Source of the DNA: Planctomycetota bacterium
Lineage (GTDB): Bacteria; Planctomycetota; Brocadiia; JAADGH01
Length of the DNA stretch: 31,393 nucleotides
NCBI GenBank assembly: GCA_013152475.1
Contig: JAADGH010000027.1
Coordinates: 608 to 32,000, forward strand
Reading direction: 5' to 3'
How positions within the stretch are numbered: position 1 is the stretch's first letter; each line of letters opens with the position of its first letter. The translations under genes were made by a program, and so were the position numbers. The notes below the pieces were generated by a model. The model made no database searches and had not been told where the DNA came from. It was given only the letters and a program-made list of their open reading frames with translations. Of this stretch, positions 1 through 8,167 are shown piece by piece.

Positions 1-390
1 TTCGCCGTCACGCGCAAGGGGTTGGACTTCACCGGCGAGGGCGAGTCGCTCCGGCAGCGTGCGCTCAAGCGCGGGGTGATCGGGTTCCGCCTGTCGCCGC
101 CGGCGGTGAAGTCGCTCTCGCGCGACTGGACCCAGGCGAAGAGCCTGGCCGCGATCAAGGAGCTGCTCCGCACCGACCCGGCCTGGAAGCGCCACGCCAA
201 GGCGCAGCTTATCCGCGTCAAGGAATCGCTCAACAAGGACGCCCTGAAGGACCTCGACCTCCCCGCCGAGGACCTGGCCAAGGCCGGCATGGCCATCACC
301 CAGGACGACCTTTTCTTCGCCGAAACCGCCTACCAGCGCGACCTCAAGGAAACCGAGCGCGCCAAGCGCGAGAGGGGGAAGGCGGCGTGA
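1..390 (+). CDS. hypothetical protein, C-terminal part (ORF open at window start)
   Basis: Frame 1 is open from base 1 (FAVTRKGLDF...) to the TGA at 388-390. The track start at 22 is only a TTG inside this frame. Charged helical C-terminus, no motif recognised. Confidence 0.5.
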   Translation, partial: FAVTRKGLDFTGEGESLRQRALKRGVIGFRLSPPAVKSLSRDWTQAKSLAAIKELLRTDPAWKRHAKAQLIRVKESLNKDALKDLDLPAEDLAKAGMAITQDDLFFAETAYQRDLKETERAKRERGKAA

Positions 391-490
391 GGGGGCGTGA
401 GAAGAAGGACCGCATGAGATGACCCGCCGCCTGGACCGGAAGCCGGGCCATGGAAGGGGGGGACTTCACGGATGAACACCAATCCCAAGG

Positions 491-1183
491 ATGGGAGCTG
501 TCATGGAAGACGCTTTGCTTGTCCCCGAACTCGGCGCCGTCGCCGGGCGGCGGGTATTTGATTCCTCGAACCGATGGGGCATCCCGGACCTGCTTGCGCA
601 GGGCTTCGGGCGATCGGTTCTGAAGCTGCCGCTCTATCGCTACCGAACCATCCATCGCAAGGGCATCTGCCATTTCTTTCTCCACGATGGCCGGTTCGAG
701 TCGGTCTGGAGCCGGCCGGCAATGGGGCTGAAGGTGGTGCGGAAGTATGAGGCGGTCCTGACGCCGGATTTCTCGCTCTTCCGCGACCGCCCCCCGGCGG
801 AGCAGGTCTGGAACACATATCGCGCCCGCTGGGTCGGGCGATGGTGGCAGGAGCATGGCCTGAAGGTGATCCCGACCGTCTCGTGGGCGGAGGCGCGGAC
901 GTTTCGCTTTTGCTTTGAGGGCATCCCGAAGGGCCAGATCGTCGCGATTGCGACATTCGGCACGAGCGACCGGGCGGTTCGCCGCTTCTTCGTCCGCGGA
1001 CTCGACCGGATGTTTGAACGCCTGGAACCGACGGGCCTGATCGCCTATGGCATTCCGCCGAGGGATTTCCCCCTGAAAAATCTCATCCCCTCCACCTGCC
1101 GCTGTGTGGTCCATCCGCATCAGTGGCAGCAGTGGACGATGCGCAACACATCGAAACGCAAGGCACGGAAGAAGAGAAAGTAA
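491..1183 (+). CDS. DUF4417-like protein (phage/prophage-associated family)
   Basis: HFFLHDGRFESVW, LTPDFSLF, EQVWNTYRARWVGRWWQEHGLKVIPTVSW match my recollection of the DUF4417 core. Basic KRKARKKRK tail. An alternative ATG at 503 has a better-spaced GGGAG. Confidence 0.7.
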   Translation: MGAVMEDALLVPELGAVAGRRVFDSSNRWGIPDLLAQGFGRSVLKLPLYRYRTIHRKGICHFFLHDGRFESVWSRPAMGLKVVRKYEAVLTPDFSLFRDRPPAEQVWNTYRARWVGRWWQEHGLKVIPTVSWAEARTFRFCFEGIPKGQIVAIATFGTSDRAVRRFFVRGLDRMFERLEPTGLIAYGIPPRDFPLKNLIPSTCRCVVHPHQWQQWTMRNTSKRKARKKRK

Positions 1184-1706
1184 ACGCTCAAGGAAGAGCA
1201 CTCGCCCCATCCCGCCGCAACGGGGAACGCCTTGCACGCGGTGGCAGAGGCGAGTAAGATAAGGAGGTCATCAAATGGGTGGCAGAGGAGCAGCCGGACC
1301 GCGAGGAGGATCTGTACGCGAGGGTTCCAGCGGTTGGCAAAAAGGCTGGGACAAGACGGCGCGGCAACGCGGTGGATACGAGGAGTCACACGGACGGGTT
1401 TTCCCAACGCGAACGAATATGGCTGGCAAGGTCAGAACTCGCGGGAAGAGCCGAGGGGGACGCAACAAATGGGAGTATCCCGACAAGAAAACAGTGCGTC
1501 AGGAGCAAGGAGAGTGGCTGCGAAGGCGCAAGGCCGAGGGAGCCCGTCGAGACGTGGTCGAAGGCCAGATCCGCCACGCAGGCCGAAGCCCGAACCACCC
1601 GCCCCTGAAAAAGGCGCTCGACAGCATATTCGGACAATGAGGCATGGAGAGCAAACGGCGGGCATTCCGTACGGATCAGAACAGCTTTGGATGAACCTTC
1701 AGGAGT

Positions 1707-2309
1707 ATGAGGAGAGAAATGATGGACTACCCGATTAAGATTAGATCGAAGCGCGAATTTGTGGCCTGGGTGCGAACGCAACTTGCGGAGGGCGACAAGC
1801 AGCAATTCTACATGAGGATGTTTGATCGTCCCTATATTCATACGGCAGAACGATTTGAGATGCTTTACGGGCCATTTGAACCCTTTCAACTCCCGCAGAC
1901 CGTCAAGGATGCTGAGAAATTCTGGGACAGGCTCATGGAAGACGAGATCACCGTATTCATGATTTCGGAATTCGGCATGGGAACCTTTTGGTGCGTGGCC
2001 AAGCTGGCCGTCTGGAACGCGTTGCGGCAACTCCATATCTTCTTGGATCTGGGCAATTTCAGGGAAGTAACTTACGAAGAATTCGGGAAGATTGTCGGAG
2101 ACAAAAACACATTTGACGAAATCTTGGAGGAGTGCCGATTCATGGGCATCTCCTTTCGCAACGCGAAGCGCATTCGAACCGCCGATGGCGAGTTCCTGCT
2201 GGAGAAGCGGAAGGCGGAGCGGAAAAAGGCAAAAAAGAAACCAGCGCGAAAGAGCAAAGCAAAAAAGCCCGCAAGCAGGAAGGCTCTGCGGCCCAAGAAG
2301 AAAAGGTAA
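1707..2309 (+). CDS. hypothetical protein with Lys/Arg-rich C-terminal tail
   Basis: 200-aa ORF. GAGGAGAG precedes the ATG at 1719, which is the likely true start. Non-repetitive globular N-part, then KRKAERKKAKKKPARKSKAKKPASRK. No family recognised. Confidence 0.6.
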   Translation: MRREMMDYPIKIRSKREFVAWVRTQLAEGDKQQFYMRMFDRPYIHTAERFEMLYGPFEPFQLPQTVKDAEKFWDRLMEDEITVFMISEFGMGTFWCVAKLAVWNALRQLHIFLDLGNFREVTYEEFGKIVGDKNTFDEILEECRFMGISFRNAKRIRTADGEFLLEKRKAERKKAKKKPARKSKAKKPASRKALRPKKKR

Positions 2310-2341
2310 GAGTAACCATTTAGCCAAGTGGGTGGCGGGGC

Positions 2342-2435
2342 GTCATTCCCGCGAAGCTTGTCCCCGCAGGCCGGAAGCGGGGAGCGGGAATCCAGGCCCT
2401 CGACGACTCGTGGATTCCCGCGTACGCGGGAATGA
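2342..2435. repeat. nested palindromic REP/MITE-like element (ATTCCCGCG...CGCGGGAAT type)
   Basis: gtcattcccgcg (2342-2353) is the reverse complement of cgcgggaatgac (2424-2435). Inner arms are agcgggaatcca (2383-2394) and tggattcccgcg (2411-2422), plus a tccccgc/gcgggga hairpin. attcccgcgtacgcgggaat is a perfect ATTCCC-N8-GGGAAT palindrome. Confidence 0.8.
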
Positions 2436-2780
2436 CAGTGCCTTTTTCGGGTCCAAATGTCGACCACTACATTTGGCGAAATGCTTACAGGTAAGGCAGG
2501 ACCGACATCCGGCGCGATGCGGGGGCGAACGGGCCATGGCGCAGTAGCCCCCCTCACCCCGTTCCGCAGTTGCACGTCACATGGTCCGGGTCGCGGTCGA
2601 GGTCGGTGTACATCTTGAGCGTCTCCTTGCAGAGGCCGGTGGCGGGGATGTGGAGGCGGTCGATGCAGAAACAATAGAGGGCGAGACGGGTGGGGTGGGG
2701 GATGCGGCGGCGGTTGCCCACACCAACCTCGCGGGCGAAGGAAAAAAGCTCGCTCCCCTCGCGGACGTATTCCAGGATTT

Positions 2781-2823
2781 GAAAAACGGGGACAGACCGG
2801 ACGGCAGGTCCGTCCCCGTTTTT
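2781..2823. terminator. candidate bidirectional intrinsic terminator
   Basis: GAAAAAC - stem ggggacagacc / ggtccgtcccc (6 bp + 1 mismatch + 4 bp, about 8-nt loop) - GTTTTT. An A-tract upstream and a T-tract downstream let it work on either strand. Which transcript it ends is unclear. Confidence 0.4.
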
Positions 2824-2840
2824 CCTGGGCACGCCCCATC

Positions 2841-3038
2841 CCCCATCGTGGATTCCCGCTTTCCCTCGTCCCCGGGCTCTGCCTGGGGACGGTCTGTTCA
2901 TCTGGCTCCGCCTCTTGGCCGGAAGGGGAAGGGTGGCCCGTCGCGGCAGGGAGCGTGAGTAAGGAGGCAGGCAGAGCCTGCCCCATCGTGCGTTCCCAGG
3001 CAGAGCCTGGGAACGAGAGAGCGAAGGAACGAAGGAAC
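2841..3038. repeat. cluster of short direct and inverted repeats (GGCAGAGCCTGGGAAC type)
   Basis: ccccatcgtg occurs at 2841-2850 and 2981-2990. ggctctgcctggg (2875-2887) is the reverse complement of cccaggcagagcc (2995-3007). There is a perfect hairpin gttccca-N9-tgggaac (2992-3014), a ggcag-N7-ctgcc hairpin (2966-2982), and tandem gaaggaac x2 (3023-3038). Confidence 0.75.
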
Positions 3039-3267
3039 GAGAGTACGAGGGAACAAGTTTGATCGTGGCGCCCTCTTCCGGCCGCGCAGCTCCGGGCGCT
3101 ACGCCCAAGCGAAGCTTGAGTGTGTCTTTCCGCGACGGCGGGGCAGTATGTTAACCGTACCTGGTTTGCGCGAATCCGCCTCCGGCGCCGTTCGCTGATT
3201 GACTTCGCTCGCGGCATTCGCTACGATCTGCGCGAAGGTTTCCGCAGTGCACCGGAGGATGGACCGC

Positions 3268-4485
3268 ATGACGAAGCGCGATATCATGGTTCGCCCGATG
3301 AGGTCGAAGGACGAGGTCCCTCTTATTGCCGATATGCTCGGCAAGAGTTTCCCGCGGGGATATGAAACGATGTGGGAGCAGGCGCACCGCGCCCATGCCA
3401 CGTCCCCCTATTTTGACCCGAAGTACACCCGGCTGGCCGTGCTGGCCGGCGAGATCGTCGGCCATGTCCGAATCCAGCCGAATGTCTTCAAGCTCGGCGC
3501 CGCGAGGCTTCGGGTCGGCGGCATCGGCGACGTGACCACGCACTTCCGGCAGAGAAAGAAGGGCATCGCCGCGGCTGCGATGATCGACGCCATCGATTTT
3601 ATGAAGGAAGACGGCTTCGATCTCTCGATCCTTTTCGGGATCCCGAACTTCTACCATCGCTTCGGCTTCGCCCCCGTCATCCCTCCTGCGCCGACGCTGA
3701 CCTTGGATGCGCCGGCCCTGGACGGCCTGAAGCAGCGGCATCGCTGCCGGGCGTTCCGCGCGGCGGATATTCCCAAGCTTGACGCGTTCAAGAGAAGGCA
3801 CGACCCGCTCGACACGCTCTCGGTCTGCCGCACGCCGGCGCACTGGCGGTATCGCCTGAGCCGGTGGGCCGGCAGTCCACTGTTTTACGACAAAAGGGGC
3901 CGTCTTGTCGCGTACATGCAGGTGTCCGCCGAGCAAGACCAGGTCCGTGTGCATGAGGTCGTGGCGGCGCCGGACGAGGAGGTGTATGCCAGTGTGGTGA
4001 AGGAGCTCGCCCGCCGCGCGCGCCGGCAGGTCGTCAGGCGAATTGCCCTGCAGATTCCACCCGACCACCCGATGGCCGAGTATTGCATCCGGTTCGGATG
4101 TCAGTACCTGATGCGGTACCACAAGAATGCGGACGGGCTGGGTCGGGTGATCAACGTGGGATCGTTTGTGCGCAAGATGCTCCCTGAGTGGGAGCGGCTG
4201 CTGTCGCGGTCCGAGCTCGCCGGGAAGGAGGGGTCACTGGCGCTCTCCGTGGACGGGCGGGCGATGCGGCTCTTATCGAAGAAAGGCCGCCTTGCCCTGG
4301 AAGAGACGCCTCGCCGGGTGAAGGGGGCCTTGCGCCTGACGGCGCAGCAGTTCCTGCAGGCGGCGGTTGGCTATGCGGGCCTGGGCGCGAAGCTCGCCGA
4401 GCTGAAGGGCGCCGGGCCGCGCCGCATGGCGGAGGTACTGTTCCCCAGGCGCTGTCCCTACCTGTGGCGCACCGACGGGTTCTGA
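3268..4485 (+). CDS. GNAT family N-acetyltransferase, Eis-like (GNAT + SCP2-like C-terminal domain)
   Basis: Acetyl-CoA motif QRKKGIAAAAMIDAIDF followed by LFGIPNFYHRFGF. The ~400-aa length and long C-terminal extension are typical of Eis-type enzymes. GGAGGA lies 8 nt before the ATG at 3268. The track ORF begins at 3199, with other ATGs at 3259 and 3286. Confidence 0.75.
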   Translation: MTKRDIMVRPMRSKDEVPLIADMLGKSFPRGYETMWEQAHRAHATSPYFDPKYTRLAVLAGEIVGHVRIQPNVFKLGAARLRVGGIGDVTTHFRQRKKGIAAAAMIDAIDFMKEDGFDLSILFGIPNFYHRFGFAPVIPPAPTLTLDAPALDGLKQRHRCRAFRAADIPKLDAFKRRHDPLDTLSVCRTPAHWRYRLSRWAGSPLFYDKRGRLVAYMQVSAEQDQVRVHEVVAAPDEEVYASVVKELARRARRQVVRRIALQIPPDHPMAEYCIRFGCQYLMRYHKNADGLGRVINVGSFVRKMLPEWERLLSRSELAGKEGSLALSVDGRAMRLLSKKGRLALEETPRRVKGALRLTAQQFLQAAVGYAGLGAKLAELKGAGPRRMAEVLFPRRCPYLWRTDGF

Positions 4486-4577
4486 GGGGAAATTGCGAAA
4501 AGGTTTGACCGGCCGCGCGTGAATATGCGATAATAACGCAGCGTATAGAAAGGCAGATGGCGACAAAGGAGGGCCCG

Positions 4578-5744
4578 ATGAGATACGCGAGGGTTTCACT
4601 GGCGGCTCTTGCCGTCCTGTTTCTTCTCCCCGAATCCGCATTTCCCCAGAGGAAAAAGCGCAAGCTTCCCGCCGCCGCCGAGACGATCTACCTGCCCACC
4701 GATCCCGGCCTGATCCGGTACCAGCCGATGAAGTATGAGGGGCGCTACCTTCGGGTCCCGGACCAATTCGGCGAAGTCCCCGACCCGAGCATGCTTTCAA
4801 AGAGCGCCATCAAGCGGGGCTGGGACCCGAAAGACTACCATATTTTCGACACCTCCCACGAGACGTCGGAGATGCGCTGCTATGTGCGGCGCAGCGACAA
4901 GCAGACCGTCGACGTGGCCAAGGGACTGGCCAAGGGCGAGAAGATCACCCTGTATGGGAAGCTGGACGAGGCGGAGACGAGGAAGTTGGGCCGCATGTTG
5001 CGGTTCCGGGTCTTCCACATCGAGCGAGGACACGAGCCGAAGCCGGTCCTGACGCTGGAGTTCGCCTCCGACAAGTACGGCAGGAAGCTCTACCGAGTCT
5101 GGGAGCCGAAGCGGTACGAGATCGTCTATCCTGCCGCAAGCAACAGGGATGAGGAGAAAAAGAACACGCTGTTCGTTGATATTGCATTCAAACAGGGGCA
5201 GGTCCCGCAGAAGAAGGCGACATCGGCCAATTCCGCGCCAAAGACCTATGCGCCGGTGGAGTCCGACCGAATCCCATACGACACGAAGCAGTACGTGGGG
5301 AAGAACCTGGTGGTGAAGGACATGTTCAACACCATCGAAAAGAAGTTCCCCAAGTCCGCACGGAACCTCGGCTACAACTCCAAGACACATCTGCTGTTCA
5401 GGACCCCGTCGTCGGGAAAGGGGTCGGATATGTATTGCTACGTCCCGCGCGTGGAGCCCTTCTACTGCGACCTCGTGGAGGCGCTGGTGGACAAGGTGCG
5501 AATCACGCTCTATGGCACGCTCGTCGCCTACGACGAATTCACGCTCCTGCGGGCGAGGCACTTCCTCGTCGACCGGGTGGATATCGGCTGGGAGACGAAA
5601 CCGGCCATCGAGATCAAGTTTGCGCCGGGCAAGGGGGGGCCGTGGAAGGGCTATCGCTTCTACAAGCCGTACCTCTATGTGATCGACTTTCCGCCGTGGA
5701 AAAAGCCGGCGGCATACACACTCAGGATCAAGTGCATCTATTGA
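4578..5744 (+). CDS. secreted hypothetical protein with internal two-fold duplication
   Basis: AAGGAGGG lies 5 nt before the ATG at 4578. Signal-peptide-like MRYARVSLAALAVLFLLPESAFPQ. The two halves share a motif order (see finding). Confidence 0.7.
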   Translation: MRYARVSLAALAVLFLLPESAFPQRKKRKLPAAAETIYLPTDPGLIRYQPMKYEGRYLRVPDQFGEVPDPSMLSKSAIKRGWDPKDYHIFDTSHETSEMRCYVRRSDKQTVDVAKGLAKGEKITLYGKLDEAETRKLGRMLRFRVFHIERGHEPKPVLTLEFASDKYGRKLYRVWEPKRYEIVYPAASNRDEEKKNTLFVDIAFKQGQVPQKKATSANSAPKTYAPVESDRIPYDTKQYVGKNLVVKDMFNTIEKKFPKSARNLGYNSKTHLLFRTPSSGKGSDMYCYVPRVEPFYCDLVEALVDKVRITLYGTLVAYDEFTLLRARHFLVDRVDIGWETKPAIEIKFAPGKGGPWKGYRFYKPYLYVIDFPPWKKPAAYTLRIKCIY

Positions 5745-5799
5745 CGCAGCGTGCGTCGGAGAGGGGGGCCCTCATATGGTTCAGGCAAAGGAGAGCGGC

Positions 5800-6531
5800 A
5801 TGAAGGAAAGGAATCGGGTTCGGGGTTGGCTTGTCATGGGGTTTGTTGTCCTGGTTTGCGGCGCCGTTGCGGCGGAGGATTTCTACTACGAAGCCACCAT
5901 GCAGACGTCGGGCATACAGGGCATGCCGACCATGACCCTGATGCAGAAGGTCTGGATGAGCAAGGGCAAGATGAAGGTGGAGATGACCGGTGGGCCGATG
6001 CCCATGAAGGTCTTTATCCGCACCGACCTTCGGAAGATGTACATGGTCAACGAGATGCAGCACTCCTACATGGAAATGCCCCTCAGCCAGATGATCGGGA
6101 TGGCCGGCAACACGGCCCAGGGGGTGCAGGTCAACGTGCAGAAAACCGAGGAGACCAGGCAGATCGGCAAGTGGAACTGCCGGAAGTACGTCATCACCGC
6201 CACGGGGCCCATGCCCATGAAGGTCACCTCCTGGGTTGCCCCCGGGATCGAAGTGGACAAGAAGATGATGGAGGAGATGCAAAAGGTTATGGGCAGCAAT
6301 CCCGCCATGAAGGCCCTGGCGGAGAAGACCAAAGAGATCAAAGGCTTTCCCATCGAGCAGATCGTCGAGATGAACATGGGGGGCCAGCAGATGACGACGA
6401 AGATGACCGTCACCAAGATCCAGCAGGGCCCCATCCCCGCCAGCACGTTTGATCTGCCCGCCGGCTACCAGAAGATGCAGATGCCCGCCATGCCGCCGGG
6501 AGGCGCGCCCCAGGGCGGCGGGAGGAAATAG
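5800..6531 (+). CDS. DUF4412-like exported protein, methionine-rich
   Basis: AAGGAGAG precedes the ATG at 5800. Signal peptide MKERNRVRGWLVMGFVVLVCGAVAA. IGKWNCRKYVITATG...KVTSWVAPG resembles the DUF4412 core as I recall it. Very high Met content. Confidence 0.65.
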   Translation: MKERNRVRGWLVMGFVVLVCGAVAAEDFYYEATMQTSGIQGMPTMTLMQKVWMSKGKMKVEMTGGPMPMKVFIRTDLRKMYMVNEMQHSYMEMPLSQMIGMAGNTAQGVQVNVQKTEETRQIGKWNCRKYVITATGPMPMKVTSWVAPGIEVDKKMMEEMQKVMGSNPAMKALAEKTKEIKGFPIEQIVEMNMGGQQMTTKMTVTKIQQGPIPASTFDLPAGYQKMQMPAMPPGGAPQGGGRK

Positions 6532-6923
6532 CCCCAGAGCACACGACCGAACGAAGACCATCCGGCGGCCCGGCCACGCGGCGGGATCGACGCCGGCCTT
6601 TCCCCGCGCCTCCCGGATGGTCTCGGCCGTATCCTGCTTCCTCTTTGCCGCATCGCACTTGGATCCGCCGGAGTGCGGATCGAGTATGCCCACCTTGTCG
6701 ATCCTCTTGTCTTGGATGGCGCCGGACTTGGTTTTCCCGAGGTCTTGCCATTTCACTACCCCCAAAAGTTTTCGCAAGACCTTTCACAACGAACCATTAT
6801 CAGACAACAAAATCCGCAAGCTCTGTTCACATATAAACTTACGGAATTCGTTATTCTTATGGCGGAGAGGGGGGGACTCCATAGGATGCTTCCCGGGGTT
6901 GTGCCGCATGATGTCGGAAAGAC

Positions 6924-7427
6924 ATGGAAGTTGCTGAATACAAACAGCTTACAACATATGCCCATGGGCGCCACTCGGCGGCATTGATCATGAGAGGCCG
7001 ATGCCAAGCGACGCAGAGGAGAATAGTGGAACAGGCTGCTGCAAAGGAGCTTGCACTACGCCACGTAGCGCTTCCCGTTCCCGTGTTCCAGAGACTGTCC
7101 GAGAAGTCCGTGCGCCGCTTCCTTGGGCTGATGAAGGACAAGACGGCGTTGCCTATATACCTGCATTGCCTGACAGGCGTTGATAGAGCGAGCGTTTTCG
7201 TTGCTGTCTACAGGATGTCGGACAAGGGGTGGAGTGCAGACAAGGCGTATGAGGAGATGAAGGCGAACGGTTTCAACGTGCTTCTCTTCAACTTGGCCGA
7301 CTACATCTATGAATACGAGACGCGCTGCGGCGGTTCTCTTGGAGCGCAGAAGGCAGACACGACGCCCGCCTGTACGAACTCGCCACGGATGGAGGCCCGT
7401 GGATCACAGATTGATAAGGGTCTTTGA
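6924..7427 (+). CDS. CX5R protein-tyrosine/dual-specificity phosphatase-like protein, possibly N-terminally truncated
   Basis: P-loop IYLHCLTGVDRASVFVAVYRM (HCX5R), followed by KGWSADKAYEEMK, typical of small bacterial DSP-like phosphatases. A stop lies 4 codons upstream of the only ATG, and the usual N-terminal segment seems missing. Confidence 0.55.
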   Translation: MEVAEYKQLTTYAHGRHSAALIMRGRCQATQRRIVEQAAAKELALRHVALPVPVFQRLSEKSVRRFLGLMKDKTALPIYLHCLTGVDRASVFVAVYRMSDKGWSADKAYEEMKANGFNVLLFNLADYIYEYETRCGGSLGAQKADTTPACTNSPRMEARGSQIDKGL

Positions 7428-7442
7428 AAGGGGGCAACAACC

Positions 7443-7840
7443 GTGTATAATGTATTTATTTCCTGCAACAGTGAGGACTACTCGCACGCCAAGGCGGTGT
7501 ACGACCATCTCGTTTGGAATGGCCGCAATGCCTTTTTCTGTGAGGCGACGTTGCGGGAAAAGGGGAAAGCCGATAGATTGATGAAGCCCTTGAGGGCGCG
7601 CAGCACTTGATTGTTGTGCTGTCTTCTGCCGAGAATGTGCGGGCCGGGTGGGTGGAATCGGAATGGGGTGCTTTCGTCAACGAGAAACGCTCAGGCCGGA
7701 AACAGGGGAACGTCGTGAGTGTGCTCTTCGGCGAGGTCTCGATCGAGGAGCTTCCTCTTGCACTGCGCCAGTACGCCGTGGTGAAGTGGGACAAGCAGGG
7801 AAGGGACCATATCTTGAGCCTCCTGTTAGTGGTGGGGTAG
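7443..7840 (+). pseudogene. TIR-domain gene disrupted by a frameshift
   Basis: The GTG at 7443 opens VYNVFISCNSEDYSHAKAVYDHLVWNGRNAFFCEATLREKGKAD (TIR N-terminus). The reading frame must shift by +1 near 7572-7577 to continue IDEALEGAQHLIVVLSSAENVRAGWVESEWGAFVNE...ELPLAL (TIR core with the conserved Glu). Confidence 0.7.
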
Positions 7841-7909
7841 GAGATCTTCCGCACCGACGTCAGAAGCGGCACGATACTCTGGGGCTGCCGACCGAGGAAA
7901 CACAAGGAC

Positions 7910-8128
7910 TTGAAGGACTTGGCGGAGGAGCGTCGGATCGATGACGACAAGAAGGGAAATGTTGTACGAATATGGAAAAGCTCCTTTGATGGGAAGGAGC
8001 GCTGGGAGTGTGAACGGGCGGTAAAGCTGATCCTCGGCAGTCCGGATGCCGCGAAGGCCGCGAGAGTCGGTCTGTCTCGAGTTGTCATGGAGGATAACAA
8101 CGGAGTTGTGTTCTATCCAAAAAGATAA
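7910..8128 (+). CDS. hypothetical ORF, possibly the severed C-terminal part of the upstream TIR pseudogene
   Basis: Same reading frame as the second TIR fragment. Only the single TAG at 7838-7840 separates them, and the frame stays open from 7841 to 8128. The track start at 7910 is a TTG. Confidence 0.3.
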   Translation: MKDLAEERRIDDDKKGNVVRIWKSSFDGKERWECERAVKLILGSPDAAKAARVGLSRVVMEDNNGVVFYPKR

Positions 8129-8167
8129 CTTTGTGACCGAGTACTTGAGAGAAAGACGGAGAACCTG

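Noticed and set aside
344-1237. 297-aa minus-strand ORF
   Set aside because: It lies fully antisense to the DUF4417-like gene. It is Arg/Pro/Ala-rich and low-complexity, the typical GC-rich shadow ORF.
1232-1738. Three mutually overlapping plus-strand ORFs (168, 121 and 109 aa), all Arg/Gly/Lys-rich
   Set aside because: I cannot decide by eye which frame, if any, is coding. The tail of the 1275 frame (MAGKVRTRGKSRGG...EWLRRRKAEG..., from 1419) looks most protein-like but lacks a convincing RBS. Left unannotated.
2554-2721. Possible 55-aa Cys-rich ORF on the minus strand (VGNRRRIPHPTRLALYCFCIDRLHIPATGLCKETLKMYTDLDRDPDHVTCNCGTG)
   Set aside because: It reads protein-like and has a GAGG 5 nt before a GTG. 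It has no ATG and no recognisable family, and it could be the C-terminal remnant of a lost gene. Support is insufficient for a feature call.
1386-3217. 313-aa and 381-aa minus-strand ORFs
   Set aside because: The first is antisense to the 1707-2309 gene. The second runs through the REP/MITE-like repeats and is Pro/Arg/Gly-rich, a classic spurious translation of palindromic repeats.
3151-4122. 323-aa minus-strand ORF
   Set aside because: Antisense to the GNAT gene, which has clear family motifs.
5728-6777. 349-aa His/Leu/Gly-rich minus-strand ORF
   Set aside because: It is the antisense shadow of the Met-rich gene (ATG reads as CAT, giving His). Its 5' 80 codons (6540-6777) look somewhat protein-like but cannot terminate before running antisense through the neighbouring gene.
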